A DNA stretch of 63,173 nucleotides from Alphaproteobacteria bacterium (GCA_017470585.1 JAFUYI010000006.1:1-63173), one strand, 5' to 3'; shown: positions 26,835 to 37,233, counted from the first letter of the stretch. The notes: generated from the letters alone by a model not told the origin. Made by a program: numbers and translations.

Positions 26835-27100
26835 TTGATTTAAGCAAAAAACTGTTTTAGTATGAATCTTGAAGTGAAGAATTTTCACTTTGAGGTGTGA
26901 CAGCCCCTATCAAAGCGTTTTTAAGAAAAACGTAAAAATTCTTCCTGCTATAATGGTTGGAAGGCAAAGGAATAAGAGATACCTCAAATACTTTGCACTG
27001 TTCTTTGATACAGCTGTCAACTTCCAGCCACCTCGCGGAGTACATCTCCAACGGGTGGTTTCTTTTTATAACCGCAAAGAAACCATAAAAGGAAGTTTAG
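26835..27100 (+). promoter_or_regulatory. Promoter and structured 5' leader, copy L4 (controls divergent paralog P5)
   Basis: -35 TTGATT 26835-40, 17 nt, -10 TAGTAT 26858-63. P0 is AAGTGAA/TTCACTT. P1 arms TGACAGC..TATCAAAG pair with CTTTGATA..GCTGTCA. P4 is GCAAA/TTTGC with a distal GAG/CTC hairpin. Confidence 0.75.
27028..27067 (+). terminator. Intrinsic terminator (attenuator) inside leader L4
   Basis: CCACC/GGTGG stem with an inner GGAG/CTCC pairing, followed by TTTCTTTTT. Confidence 0.65.
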
Positions 27101-27655
27101 ATGACAAACAAAACTTTTTTAATTCTTTTATTATTAGGCGTATCATATACCGCCTATAATGTAAGCGCAGTGTCCGAAAATTTTGCAATCTCCACTACTA
27201 TCGACCACGAAATTGTTTTAAGCAATTTCAAAACCGCAAGTGCGGATGCAAATTTAGATGTAACCGGAAATATAAGCCTCGGCACAATTTACATTAACCC
27301 CAACGGAACCGAAGAGTCTTGGTGGTCTTATGATGATGCGGGGCAGGTTGCTGGTTTGAACGGAGATATTGTTGTTAAAGCTGATAACATCAATTTCGGT
27401 ACCTTTAGCGCAAATGTTTCCAATCCGCAAGCTTGCAACGGAAAAAGTACATCTTGTGCGGGTTTATCCACTCGGAGACATGTCGTGATGTTCGGGGCAA
27501 CGTATTGGTATGATAGTTATTGTAATTTTTACATAAAATACAGCGGGAGCGGCAATGTATTTAAGGTATTCCCGCATTGCATAATATACCATGTTTCATC
27601 TGTCAGCAGAGGCTATCACAGCCAGACTTTTGACATCTCCTATACGGCGGAATAA
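27101..27655 (+). CDS. Divergent member of the DUF4402-like family, paralog P5
   Basis: 184 aa. Keeps GTIYINP, GTFSANVSNPQAC..C.GL and ..TFDISYTAE. The signal peptide and N-terminal strand differ (VSENFAISTTIDHEIVL). Confidence 0.88.
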   Translation: MTNKTFLILLLLGVSYTAYNVSAVSENFAISTTIDHEIVLSNFKTASADANLDVTGNISLGTIYINPNGTEESWWSYDDAGQVAGLNGDIVVKADNINFGTFSANVSNPQACNGKSTSCAGLSTRRHVVMFGATYWYDSYCNFYIKYSGSGNVFKVFPHCIIYHVSSVSRGYHSQTFDISYTAE

Positions 27656-27722
27656 ATTTTCATAAAAAGGGTTTATTTTTTGGATAGCTTTGATTATATC
27701 TGCAGGCAAAAAGGAGAAAATT

Positions 27723-28403
27723 ATGCCCGTAAAACCGAAAATAAGCCGCCGTCCCTACCACAACAAAGGTCTTTTATACCGTTTTTGGAAGTTCTTATTA
27801 AGTGATACCATGGCCTTTATGATGGGTATTTTAGCCATTATCATCGGTTATTATCAATTTTATATATCGCGCCCGATTTTGGAATATTCCACCGTAACCG
27901 GCAAGCTTATTTCATCTTCAGCCCCCGATTCGGGGCTTCACCTGCATATTAACGGGACTAACTACCAAAATATCTATAAATCAACCGTATCACTTACCAA
28001 TAACGGCGAAGAAGCACTTTCGGGAGAAGATGTTTCTCCTTTGGGGCATGATCCGATTCGTATTCCCATCCCGCAGAATGTTAAAATATTGTATTACGGC
28101 ATTGATTATGACAACACCTCGCCCGAGGTTGATGCCAAGCTTTTGCGTGAAGATAAAGATATTGTTATCAAATTCGGCTATCTAAATCCCGGAAATTCCA
28201 TTGCCGTTAATCTTTTCAGCGAACAGGATTTTGAAAATTATAAGGTTGTCGGCTCGGCGGTCGGAGTTAATCAAATCACCAAAAGCTTAAATAATCATCA
28301 AAGCCGTAAAATTCTGGTTTTGGGCATAATGCTGATTTTATCGTGCTATATTCTTTTTACATTGCTTTATTTTCATAAGCACCGCCGCTTGCCTCGGATA
28401 TAA
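27723..28403 (+). CDS. Membrane protein, unknown function (N- and C-terminal TM helices)
   Basis: RBS AAGGAG 8 nt upstream. TM segments MAFMMGILAIIIGYY and ILVLGIMLILSCYILFTLLYF. Probably co-transcribed with P5. Confidence 0.7.
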   Translation: MPVKPKISRRPYHNKGLLYRFWKFLLSDTMAFMMGILAIIIGYYQFYISRPILEYSTVTGKLISSSAPDSGLHLHINGTNYQNIYKSTVSLTNNGEEALSGEDVSPLGHDPIRIPIPQNVKILYYGIDYDNTSPEVDAKLLREDKDIVIKFGYLNPGNSIAVNLFSEQDFENYKVVGSAVGVNQITKSLNNHQSRKILVLGIMLILSCYILFTLLYFHKHRRLPRI

Positions 28404-28416
28404 AATTTTTTAGGCC

Positions 28417-28449
28417 GAAAAAAACTCCGCCAAATTGACGGAGTTTTTT
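28417..28449. terminator. Bidirectional intrinsic terminator
   Basis: AAAAAAACTCCG-CCAAATTGA-CGGAGTTTTTT between convergent genes. Confidence 0.85.
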
Positions 28450-28459
28450 CTAAATAGGC

Positions 28460-28996
28460 TTAACTCGGGTTATACTCAATGGTCAACGTTCCCGAATGCG
28501 AGCCGGCGGTAACGGAAGAGATATTGGATATCCAGCAATTTTGAGGAAATATCTTGAAGACATTTCTGCTTCCGCTATATTGAATATAAAAGGAACAGGC
28601 ATTACTCTCATCATTTCCGCCAAAGAAATTAGAAATATCATAGGAGTCATTTCCTGTTACACTCAATCCTCCACAGGAATTATTGAAAACATTGCAATCT
28701 TCCGGATTGGGAATATTAGCAGTAAAAGTACCGACTGTGACATTAGGAGCAGACACAAGCGCACCTTGAGAGGCAACAGATATTCCGGCACTGTCATAAC
28801 CCCAATCTGTATCATTACCATCATAAGCTGGGTTAATGGTAATTGTACCCATATCTATATCTTGAATAACGCTCAAACTAACATCGTGGGCGATTGTTGC
28901 GGTAACGGTCATTGTGGCGGAATTGCCGGCGTAGGCACAGTATGAACCTATGGAAACTGCGGCAACGCCGAGTAATAAAATATATTTTTTCATCAT
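28460..28996 (-). CDS. Secreted DUF4402-like protein, paralog P6
   Basis: 178 aa. Same N-terminal strand, GTITINP, CNVFNNSCGGL, ..GTLTIEYNPS. Confidence 0.92.
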   Translation of the reverse strand: MMKKYILLLGVAAVSIGSYCAYAGNSATMTVTATIAHDVSLSVIQDIDMGTITINPAYDGNDTDWGYDSAGISVASQGALVSAPNVTVGTFTANIPNPEDCNVFNNSCGGLSVTGNDSYDISNFFGGNDESNACSFYIQYSGSRNVFKIFPQNCWISNISSVTAGSHSGTLTIEYNPS

Positions 28997-29247
28997 CTAA
29001 ACTTCCTTATCTATTGTTAACAAAGAAAATCACCCCGACAAATAGACGAGGTGATTGGAAGTTTCAGACTGTCATGTATAACAGTGTATGGTATTTGGTT
29101 GAAACCTTATTTCCATACCTTCCAACCATAATACGGTCAGAAGTAGTTTTATGTCTTTGCGGACAATACATGAGAGGTCTGAAAACCTCAAAGTGACCTT
29201 TCATTCACTTCATTTTCTACCCTAGCATAAAAAATCTTTTATGTAAA
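28997..29247 (-). promoter_or_regulatory. Promoter and structured 5' leader, copy L6 (controls P6)
   Basis: On the minus strand: -35 TTTACA (29242-47), 17 nt, -10 TAGGGT (29219-24). The leader starts at about 29211. P1 arms TTTCAGAC..TCATGTAT pair with ATACATGA..GTCTGAAA. P4 is GTATGG/CCATAC with a distal GGTT/AACC hairpin. The palindrome GCAAAATTTTGC lies at 29248-29259. Confidence 0.75.
29022..29055 (-). terminator. Intrinsic terminator (attenuator) inside leader L6
   Basis: RNA ATCACC/GGTGAT stem followed by TTTTCTTTG. Confidence 0.6.
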
Positions 29248-29333
29248 GCAAAATTTTGCACTTTTTGCTTTTCCTTTTTTTACTTCTCCTCCCGAGGTCA
29301 AGCCACCAATTGTCATCAATCCCGCCCCTTGTC

Positions 29334-29384
29334 GTCCTGAACTTGTTTCAGGACCTCTAACCTAGATGCTGAAACAAGTTCAGC
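29334..29384. repeat. Two REP-like palindromic units (same family as in the suf insertion)
   Basis: GTCCTGAACTTGTTTCAGGAC at 29334-29354 and GCTGAAACAAGTTCAGC at 29368-29384. Confidence 0.8.
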
Positions 29385-29411
29385 AAGACAAGCGGGGACT
29401 TGATGTCAAAA

Positions 29412-29451
29412 GACCCAATGACCTCGTTCGTTCCTCGCTCGGAGGGGTGAC
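29412..29451. repeat. Inverted copy of the dispersed element at 33-72
   Basis: GACCCAATGACCTCGTTCGTTCCTCGCTCGGAGGGGTGAC is the reverse complement of 33-72 with 2 mismatches. Confidence 0.75.
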
Positions 29452-29545
29452 GAGGAGGGAAAAATCTCAAAAACAGATGCTGAAACTTTGACATTGGGGT
29501 GATTATCGGGTTAAATTCGATGATGATATAGGCTGCTTTGGCAAG

Positions 29546-29579
29546 CAAAAAACTCCGGCTTTGCAGTCGGAGTTTTTTT
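29546..29579. terminator. Intrinsic terminator downstream of gyrA (bidirectional shape)
   Basis: AAAAAACTCCG-GCTTTGCAGT-CGGAGTTTTTTT. Confidence 0.85.
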
Positions 29580-29597
29580 GTTGAAAAGAAGATAAAA

Positions 29598-32432
29598 CTA
29601 ATCGTCTTTTTCTTGAGTTTCCGGCTCATTAACCTCGTCGATGTTGAGGTCGCTGTCATCGGCAACGCTCATCCCCAAAACTTCAGAACCGGTTTCATTT
29701 TCCAGTTCTTCTTCGTCTTCGGAGTCAGCATCAAGCCAAGTTACCGAAACAACCTTTTCGCTTTCAGCGGTGCGGAACAAGATAACACCTTGTGTCTTAC
29801 GTCCGGCAATACGGATATCTTCAACCGGCATACGGATAAGTTTGCCGCCGTCGGTTACCATCATAATTTGGTTGTCGTTCTCAATCGGGAATGAGCTGAC
29901 GACTTCTTTATTACGAGGAGACATCTCCATGTTGGCAATGCCTGTTCCGCCGCGACCGGTTACGCGATATTCATAAGAAGACGAGCGTTTGCCATAACCG
30001 GTGCAGGTAACAGTCAAGATAAACTGTTCATTGGCCTGCATTTCGGCAAATTTTTCTGCAGTCAACAAGTTAAGCAGACCTGTATCTTCGGCCTTAATGC
30101 CGGCTTCGCCGCCGTGTTCGGCTTCCATACGTTTAATAGCAGAAACAATTTTGGTGTACTCATCGCGCTCTTCAGATGTAGCATCGCTGTGGTTTAATAC
30201 CGACATTGAAATAACTTCGTCTTTGTCCGCAAGTTTGATACCACGAACACCAACCGAATTACGTCCGACAAAAACACGAACTTCGGTAACCGGGAAACGT
30301 ATGCATTTACCGCTACGGGTTGCCAACATTACGTCATCTTTTTCGGTACAGATACGAACGTTAATCAGCTTGTCGTTGTCATCGAGCTTCATCGCAATTT
30401 TACCGTTGGACTGAATGTTTACAAAGTCCATCAGGCTATTGCGGCGAACCATACCGCTCTTGGTCGCAAACATGATTGACAAGTTCTTGCAGTCGGCTTC
30501 TTTTTCCGGCAACGGCATAATGGTGGTAATGTTCTCGCCCTCGTCCAGCGGAAGTAAGTTTACAAACGGCTTGCCCTTTGAGGTAGGCGATCCAAGCGGA
30601 AGTTTGTAAACTTTGAGCTTGTAAACCAAACCTTTGGAAGAGAAGAACAAAACCGGCGTATGCGTTGAGGTTACAAACAAGCGAGATACAAAATCTTCCT
30701 CTTTGGTGGTCATACCCGACTTGCCTTTGCCGCCGCGTTTTTGCGCTTTGTAGGCATTGAGCGGAACGCGTTTGATATAGCCGGCCTCGGTTACGGTAAC
30801 GACCATATCTTCACGCTGAATAAGAGATTCAACATCTTGCTCAAACTCAAATTCTTCAATCTTGGTCAAGCGCGGAGTTGCGTATTCGTCTTTAATGGCT
30901 ACCAATTCATCACGCATAATGCCATAGAGTTTTTCACGGCTTCCCAAAATCGAGAGGCATTCTTTGATTTCATCACCCAAGTTATACAACTCTTGGTGAA
31001 TTTTATCACGCTCCAAACCGGTCAAACGCTGCAATCTCAAGTCCAAAATGGCTTTGGCTTGCGCTTCGGACAAGTGATAATGCCCGTTTTCAACCTTGCG
31101 GTCAGGCTCGTCAATCAAAATAACCAAAGGCTCAACATCGCCGGCAGGCCATGCCCTTGCTAATAGAGCATCTTTGGCTTCTTGCGGAGACGGTGCGGTA
31201 CGAATAAGTTCAATTACGGGGTCAATGTTTTCAACCGCGATTGCAAGACCAACCAATGTGTGCGCCCTGTCGCGCGCTTTGTTCAGTTCATAAATGGTGC
31301 GGCGGCGGATAACTTCTTCCCTAAACTCAATGAAAGCCGAGATAATGTCTTTTAAGTTAAGCATCATTGGGCGACCGCCGTTGATAGCAAGCATATTCAT
31401 ACCAAAACTGGTCTGCAAAGGTGTGAGTTTGTAGAGTTGATTCAAAATTACATCGGCCTGAACGTCTTTTTTGACCTCAATAACTACGCGAACACCCTGA
31501 CGGTCAGACTCATCTCGGATATCGGAAATGCCTTCAACTTTCTTTTCTTTAACCAGCTCGGCAATACGCTGAACCATAGCGGCTTTGTTGACTTGATAAG
31601 GAATTTCGTGAACAATGATGGCCTCTTTATCCTTGCGGATTTCTTCGATGGTGCATTTTGCACGCATAACCACAGAACCGCGGCCGGTGTAATATGCCGA
31701 TTTGGCACCGCTTTGCCCCAAAATTAAGCCGCCGGTCGGAAAATCAGGTCCGGGGACATAATGAATAAGCTCATCAATGGTAATATCCGGATTGTCAATA
31801 TATGCACAGCAAGCTGAAATTACCTCGCCCAAGTTGTGCGGCGGAATATTGGTAGCCATACCGACGGCAATACCATTGGTGCCGTTAACGAGCAAGTTAG
31901 GATAACGAGCAGGCAAAACAACAGGCTCTTGCAAGCTCTCATCATAGTTAGGCATAAAGTCAACTGTATCTTTGTCAATGTCTTCAATCAACGCATGGGC
32001 AACTTTGGCAAGTCTGGCCTCTGTATAACGCATAGCCGCTGCACCATCACCATCCATTGAACCAAAGTTTCCTTGTCCGTCAACCATCGGCACACGCATG
32101 GCAAACGGTTGCGCCATACGAACCATTGCATTATAAACCGAACTGTCGCCATGGGGGTGATATTTACCCAAAACATCACCGACGATACGGGCTGATTTAC
32201 GGAACGGGCGATTGTAGTCATAACCATTCTCAAACATTGAATAGATGATACGGCGGTGAACCGGCTTTAAGCCGTCGCGAACATCGGGAAGCGCACGGGA
32301 AACGATAACGCTCATTGCGTAGTCAAGATAAGAACGGCGCATTTCTTCCGATATGTCAACCGGAGTAATGTCTTGCGCGGGCTTATCAACGGCATTGGCA
32401 AGGACGTTTTCTTTGCTGTTTTCTTCTGTCAT
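29598..32432 (-). CDS. gyrA: DNA gyrase subunit A
   Basis: 944 aa. ..[34 protein letters not shown].. Acidic C-terminal tail. Confidence 0.98.
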   Translation of the reverse strand: MTEENSKENVLANAVDKPAQDITPVDISEEMRRSYLDYAMSVIVSRALPDVRDGLKPVHRRIIYSMFENGYDYNRPFRKSARIVGDVLGKYHPHGDSSVYNAMVRMAQPFAMRVPMVDGQGNFGSMDGDGAAAMRYTEARLAKVAHALIEDIDKDTVDFMPNYDESLQEPVVLPARYPNLLVNGTNGIAVGMATNIPPHNLGEVISACCAYIDNPDITIDELIHYVPGPDFPTGGLILGQSGAKSAYYTGRGSVVMRAKCTIEEIRKDKEAIIVHEIPYQVNKAAMVQRIAELVKEKKVEGISDIRDESDRQGVRVVIEVKKDVQADVILNQLYKLTPLQTSFGMNMLAINGGRPMMLNLKDIISAFIEFREEVIRRRTIYELNKARDRAHTLVGLAIAVENIDPVIELIRTAPSPQEAKDALLARAWPAGDVEPLVILIDEPDRKVENGHYHLSEAQAKAILDLRLQRLTGLERDKIHQELYNLGDEIKECLSILGSREKLYGIMRDELVAIKDEYATPRLTKIEEFEFEQDVESLIQREDMVVTVTEAGYIKRVPLNAYKAQKRGGKGKSGMTTKEEDFVSRLFVTSTHTPVLFFSSKGLVYKLKVYKLPLGSPTSKGKPFVNLLPLDEGENITTIMPLPEKEADCKNLSIMFATKSGMVRRNSLMDFVNIQSNGKIAMKLDDNDKLINVRICTEKDDVMLATRSGKCIRFPVTEVRVFVGRNSVGVRGIKLADKDEVISMSVLNHSDATSEERDEYTKIVSAIKRMEAEHGGEAGIKAEDTGLLNLLTAEKFAEMQANEQFILTVTCTGYGKRSSSYEYRVTGRGGTGIANMEMSPRNKEVVSSFPIENDNQIMMVTDGGKLIRMPVEDIRIAGRKTQGVILFRTAESEKVVSVTWLDADSEDEEELENETGSEVLGMSVADDSDLNIDEVNEPETQEKDD

Positions 32433-32673
32433 TTTTTTACCTTATTATCGTTTTAACTTTTGCGTGATACTAACAGAAACTTTAAAAAATAACCATTTTT
32501 TTATGCGACTTATCCCCTTAAAAAATGCCGATTTTCTCTCTACGGGGCTAAAATGTGCCTTAAAATTGAAATTTATTAAATTCCATCTTAAAAAGTTAAC
32601 GGCATTTTATCCCAAAAACACACAGACGGGGATTTTTCCTCCCCGCCTGATTTGATTATTGAGTAATTTGTTT

Positions 32674-33195
32674 TTAACTTGCGGTATAAGAAATGGTGAT
32701 GGTTTGTTCATGTGTTCCGGCAACGGTGGACTCTGGAGACTCAAAACCACAACTACTCGGCACAACTTTAAATCTGTTTGAGCTGTCGTGGACTATGTAA
32801 AAACTGCATGCATTACTGTCTTCAGGATTGCCGCTTAAAATACCAAATATTTCACTCGGCACACTCAAACCTCCGCAAGTATAACTTGAGCCGTCACAAG
32901 CCGAAGGATTGGCAATGTTGGCGGTAAAAGTCCCCGGAGTTGCTGATGTTGCCGCAATTATGGAATCATTTTTACTTTTAACCGTTCCGTCCAAGTTATA
33001 AGATACACTACCTATACTCATATCTGCCGGATTGATGGTGATTGTACCGATATTTAAATCGGTAACGCCGCCAAGGCTCACATCATGGGCAATTGTCGCG
33101 GTAACGGTCATTGTTGCCGAATTTCCCGCATACGCACAATACGAGCCAAGGGCAATTCCTGCAACGCCGAGTAATAAAATATAATTTTTTATCAT
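32674..33195 (-). CDS. Secreted DUF4402-like protein, paralog P7
   Basis: 173 aa. Same N-terminal strand, GTITINP, CDGSSYTCGGL, ..QTITISYTAS. Confidence 0.92.
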   Translation of the reverse strand: MIKNYILLLGVAGIALGSYCAYAGNSATMTVTATIAHDVSLGGVTDLNIGTITINPADMSIGSVSYNLDGTVKSKNDSIIAATSATPGTFTANIANPSACDGSSYTCGGLSVPSEIFGILSGNPEDSNACSFYIVHDSSNRFKVVPSSCGFESPESTVAGTHEQTITISYTAS

Positions 33196-33444
33196 CTAAA
33201 CTTCCTTATCTATTGTTAACAAAGAAAACCACCTTTTGAGGCATAAACCCTAGAGGTGGTCGGAAGCTCGAAACTGTGATGTAAAACAGTGCCGGGTATT
33301 CTTTATATTTCCCGACCTTCCAACCATAGCACGGTTAGAAACAATTTTATGTCTTGCCTGACATTACATCAGAGGCTTCGAGACCTCAAAGCGGTTTTTC
33401 ACTCACTTCAAAAAAAATATACCATAAGTTCTATGCAAAATCAA
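33196..33444 (-). promoter_or_regulatory. Promoter and structured 5' leader, copy L7 (controls P7)
   Basis: On the minus strand: -35 TTGATT (33439-44), 17 nt, -10 TATATT (33416-21). The leader starts at about 33409. P1 arms CTCGAAGC..TGATGTAA pair with TTACATCA..GTTTCGAG. The SD and spacer are identical to those of L6. Confidence 0.75.
33221..33260 (-). terminator. Intrinsic terminator (attenuator) inside leader L7
   Basis: RNA ACCACCT/AGGTGGT stem followed by TTTTCTTTG. Confidence 0.7.
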
Positions 33445-33622
33445 GCAAAAAGTTTTAGGCTTTAAAAAAATTTTTGATATTATGCAAAAAAAGCTTGAAA
33501 AATAAATATTTGCGTGTATAAAAAAGCTTAATTTGCGGCAAGGCGCGTTGCCGCAAAGGTTTTAACCCCGCGCAAGTCCGTCCGCAGCACAGCGGAAATG
33601 GCATTTTAACAAAGATTTTTTT

Positions 33623-35299
33623 ATGAATACAGAATTTCAAATTCCCGAGACCGACGAAGTATTTGCCGACCTGCTTAATGAAGAAATGGACGGCAAGAGT
33701 TTGATGGGTTCGGTTGTAAAGGGAACCATTGTCAAAATTACCCCCGACTTCATTATGGTTGATGTCGGACTGAAATCCGAAGGCCGTATTCCGGTTCGTG
33801 AGTTCGGACAAAATCCCGAATTGAATATCGGCGATACCGTTGAGGTTTATATTGACCGTTACGAAGACAGAGACGGCAATATTGTTTTGTCGCGCGAAAA
33901 GGCTCGCCGTGAAGAAGCATGGCAGGATTTGGAAAAAGCTATGAACGCCGGCGAACGTATCAACGGTGTTATCTTCGGACGTGTTAAGGGCGGCTTTACC
34001 GTTGATTTGAACGGTGCTATTGCTTTCTTGCCCGGTTCACAGATTGATATTCGCCCGATACGCGATATTTCGCCGTTGATGGGTATTTCACAGCCGTTCC
34101 AAATTTTGAAAATGGATAAATTAAGAGGCAATATCGTTGTTTCGCGCCGTGTCGTTTTGGAAGAAACCAGAGCCGAATCCAGAGCCGAACTCATTGATGC
34201 CATTAAAGAAGGCTCTGTTCTTGACGGTGTTGTCAAAAACATTACCGATTACGGTGCGTTCATTGACTTGGGCGGTGTTGACGGATTGTTGCACGTTACC
34301 GATATTTCTTGGAAACGTATTAACCATCCTGCCGAAGTTTTGACTATCGGTCAGAACGTTAAAGTTCAGGTTATCAAATTCAATGAAGACAATCAGCGTA
34401 TCAGCTTGGGAATGAAACAGCTCGAGAGCGATCCGTGGCAGAATGTTGAAGAAAAATTCCATGTCGGCGATGTCTGCAAAGGTAAAGTTACCAACATTAC
34501 CGATTACGGTGCGTTCGTTGAATTGGAAGACGGCATCGAAGGTTTGGTTCACGTTTCCGAAATGAGCTGGACACGCAAAAATGTTCACCCCGGCAAAATC
34601 GTTTCCACTTCGCAAGAAGTTGAGGTTAAGGTTTTGGAAGTTGATTCGGAAAAGAGAAGAATCAGCCTCGGCATTAAACAATGCACCGAGAATCCTTGGG
34701 CTGCCTATTTGGAAGAACATCCTCTCGGCTCGGTTATTGAAGGTAAAATCAAAAATATCACCGAGTTTGGTTTGTTCATTGGATTGAACGATGAAATTGA
34801 CGGTATGATTCACCTCTCCGATATTTCTTGGGATAAATCCGGTGAAGAAGCCGTTAAGGACTACACCAAGGGACAAGAAATTCAAGCCAAAATCATTGAT
34901 GTTGACGTTGAAAAAGAACGTATCAGTTTAGGTATTAAACAGTTGACCGAAGATGCCAACGCCTCGGCTTTCGAGGGCTTGAATAAAGGCGACAACGTTA
35001 AAGCCAGCGTTACGGAAGTAACCGAAGACGGCTTGAATGTCGAAGTTAACGGCGTTGCCGGAACCATTAAGAAGTCAGACCTTGCCCGCGAGAAATCCGG
35101 ACAGGATTTGAACCGCTTTAAGGCCGGCGATGAAGTTGAAGCTAAAATCACCGTTGCCGATAAAAAGAAAGGCAAATTGGTGCTGTCTATCAAAGCTTTA
35201 GAAATCGAAGAAGAGAAGAAAGCCTTGGAGGAATACTCCAATACCACTTCCGGCTCTACTTTGGGCGAAGCTTTGGGCGAAGCTTTGAAGAAAAAATAA
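33623..35299 (+). CDS. rpsA: 30S ribosomal protein S1
   Basis: 558 aa with six S1 repeats (..G.V..ITDYGAFI.L..G..GL.H.S..SW..). Confidence 0.97.
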   Translation: MNTEFQIPETDEVFADLLNEEMDGKSLMGSVVKGTIVKITPDFIMVDVGLKSEGRIPVREFGQNPELNIGDTVEVYIDRYEDRDGNIVLSREKARREEAWQDLEKAMNAGERINGVIFGRVKGGFTVDLNGAIAFLPGSQIDIRPIRDISPLMGISQPFQILKMDKLRGNIVVSRRVVLEETRAESRAELIDAIKEGSVLDGVVKNITDYGAFIDLGGVDGLLHVTDISWKRINHPAEVLTIGQNVKVQVIKFNEDNQRISLGMKQLESDPWQNVEEKFHVGDVCKGKVTNITDYGAFVELEDGIEGLVHVSEMSWTRKNVHPGKIVSTSQEVEVKVLEVDSEKRRISLGIKQCTENPWAAYLEEHPLGSVIEGKIKNITEFGLFIGLNDEIDGMIHLSDISWDKSGEEAVKDYTKGQEIQAKIIDVDVEKERISLGIKQLTEDANASAFEGLNKGDNVKASVTEVTEDGLNVEVNGVAGTIKKSDLAREKSGQDLNRFKAGDEVEAKITVADKKKGKLVLSIKALEIEEEKKALEEYSNTTSGSTLGEALGEALKKK

Positions 35300-35318
35300 T
35301 CGTACCGATTTTTTTTAA

Positions 35319-35339
35319 GGCGGGGATAAACTCCCCGCC
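35319..35339 (+). terminator. Hairpin downstream of rpsA
   Basis: GGCGGGGA-TAAAC-TCCCCGCC followed by TGATTTGTTT. Confidence 0.6.
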
Positions 35340-35721
35340 TGATTTGTTTATAAAATATATTCAATTGTTATATCGTCGCTAAAAGTACCTGATTGCGGTA
35401 CGGTATTATCATTCCATTGAATAAAATCAAATTGAAATTTAAATTTATTACCGGAATCATAAGCAATAAATGCTTCAATTTAATTGATCAGTTTTTTTAA
35501 TATTCTTCGGAGATTTTTTACATGACTACAATAGGTTAGCGGCTTGGATTTAATTTGAGATAACCTTATAAAAAATTGGTTTTATAGCCTTTCTTCAGGG
35601 GGGATTTATTTTTTATTTTGCTTGATTTTTGTGTGCGGGTATAAGTTAAGGATATTTTTTGTTATAAAAAATATTTACAAAAAAATAAAATGTGTTATTA
35701 TCAAATCATAATCAAATTTTT

Positions 35722-36018
35722 ATGTCTATGATTGCTTTAATATTCACATTTTTCATCGGCTGTTTAATGCTGGGACTGTTAAAGGGTATCCTTATGGGGA
35801 TTGACGGTCTTTTTGATTTTTACGGCGGAATTATGGGAACAATTATCGCGCTTATTATCAACACCGGGCAGTGGTGTGTTATTTGCTTTGCTGCCGGGCT
35901 TATTATCCCGTATATTGATTTTAAGCTGGGGTTGATTCTGGGACCGATTTATTGTCTTTATTGCTGGATTTTTAACCACGAAAACAAGTTTCTTACTTGG
36001 TGGTTTAATGCCGATTAA
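35722..36018 (+). CDS. Small integral membrane protein, unknown function
   Basis: About 98 aa with 3 hydrophobic segments. The start is uncertain (GTG at 35692, ATG at 35722 or 35728). Confidence 0.45.
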   Translation: MSMIALIFTFFIGCLMLGLLKGILMGIDGLFDFYGGIMGTIIALIINTGQWCVICFAAGLIIPYIDFKLGLILGPIYCLYCWIFNHENKFLTWWFNAD

Positions 36019-36036
36019 AAAAAAGGTTGCCGCTTT

Positions 36037-37233
36037 TTACAAAGCTGCAACCTTTTCTTCTTTAAGTAAAAGAGCGGATATTTTTTGCGCTGCTTCAATT
36101 CCTGAGGCCAACGCTTCAACCAAGGTTGAACCGCCGGTTTTGCAATCTCCGGCATAAACTATGCGGTCGCTGTCTTCAAAATGCGGTGATGAGGAGCCGA
36201 TAGCCTTGATTACAATATCAAAATCGGGACGCATAATCTGTGTTCCGGCGATTTCGCGAAGTCTTCCGTCGTCAAAATAATTCTTGCAGGTCAAAAGATT
36301 TAGTTTACCGTTATCGCCTTTTGTTACTCCTTTGATTCCGGTCATGGTGGTAATATCAATCATATCATCAAGCAGATTTTGCCGTTCTTCGCCGGTAATC
36401 CGCATATCAGATATTCTGCGGCGGACAAACATTTCCACATTTTTTGCCCCCATTGTCCTCGCCGTCAGCGCACAATCAACCGCAACCGCGCCGCCGCCGA
36501 TAATTGCCGCGTTGCCGCCGGAAATATTGTATTTCTGCGGGGCTTTCAGATAATCAACATAAGAAATTGCCAGATCTTCGCCGGCAACTCCCAAATCAAC
36601 CGTATTCGGTTCGCCGGAGGCAATAATCAAAGCATCATAGCCATCATCAAGTAATTTTTGAGGGGTTTTAATGCGGGAGTTGAGAAACACCTCGGTTAAA
36701 GGCGAATTTTTAATAAACTCCCAATCTTTTTCTATCACTTCGCTCGGCAACCTCATATCCGGAATAAGATTCAAGGCACCGCCGACTTTGTCGTCGGCTT
36801 CAAAAATCACAACCTTAAAACTATGTTCAATAAGTTTGGCGGCGGCGGCAATGCCTGCCGGTCCGGCTCCGATTACGGCGATTTTATATCCGTTACTTTT
36901 TGGGGAGGAGGGCAAAACGGCGGTATTGCGGTATTTTTCCATAATCAAGGCTTGAACCTTGGGAATATTTATCGGAAAATCAAGATTGGCACGAGTGCAG
37001 GCTTTCATACAGAATTTATCCGGACATATCAGACCGCAGGTTTCTCCCATAGGATTAGATCGAGTAATCACCTCAACCGCTCCGGTAAAATCTCCGGCTT
37101 TGGCCTTGGCAATAAAATCATGCGGATTGCAATGCACGGGGCAGGCTTGCATACAGGGTTGATTGCGGCAATTCAAACAGCGGTTTATTTCCGCTTTGAA
37201 TTGCGCTGATGAAAGATAAAGCGATTTATTCAT
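36037..37233 (-). CDS. NAD(P)H-dependent FAD/Fe-S oxidoreductase, GltD/PreT-like
   Basis: Cys clusters CLNCRNQPCMQACP and CGLICPDKFCMKAC. Dinucleotide fold KIAVIGAGPAGIAAA. The start overlaps the upstream gene by 8 nt. Confidence 0.85.
   Translation of the reverse strand: MNKSLYLSSAQFKAEINRCLNCRNQPCMQACPVHCNPHDFIAKAKAGDFTGAVEVITRSNPMGETCGLICPDKFCMKACTRANLDFPINIPKVQALIMEKYRNTAVLPSSPKSNGYKIAVIGAGPAGIAAAAKLIEHSFKVVIFEADDKVGGALNLIPDMRLPSEVIEKDWEFIKNSPLTEVFLNSRIKTPQKLLDDGYDALIIASGEPNTVDLGVAGEDLAISYVDYLKAPQKYNISGGNAAIIGGGAVAVDCALTARTMGAKNVEMFVRRRISDMRITGEERQNLLDDMIDITTMTGIKGVTKGDNGKLNLLTCKNYFDDGRLREIAGTQIMRPDFDIVIKAIGSSSPHFEDSDRIVYAGDCKTGGSTLVEALASGIEAAQKISALLLKEEKVAAL

Noticed and set aside
29357-29665. 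102-aa ORF on the minus strand spanning the repeat region upstream of cassette 6 and the end of gyrA.
   Set aside because: It runs through dispersed repeats and the gyrA terminator, overlaps the gyrA 3' end, and has no RBS or recognisable family.
35348-35479. A minus-strand 43-codon fragment (..FKFQFDFIQWNDNTVPQSGTFSDDITIEYIL*) followed by the same AAATCAGGCGGGGA-type terminator flank seen after P7 and P8. It could be a remnant of an eleventh paralog.
   Set aside because: It has no start codon, signal peptide or leader remnants upstream. The similarity to the family C-terminus (TLTIEY) is short. It is too weak to annotate as a pseudogene.
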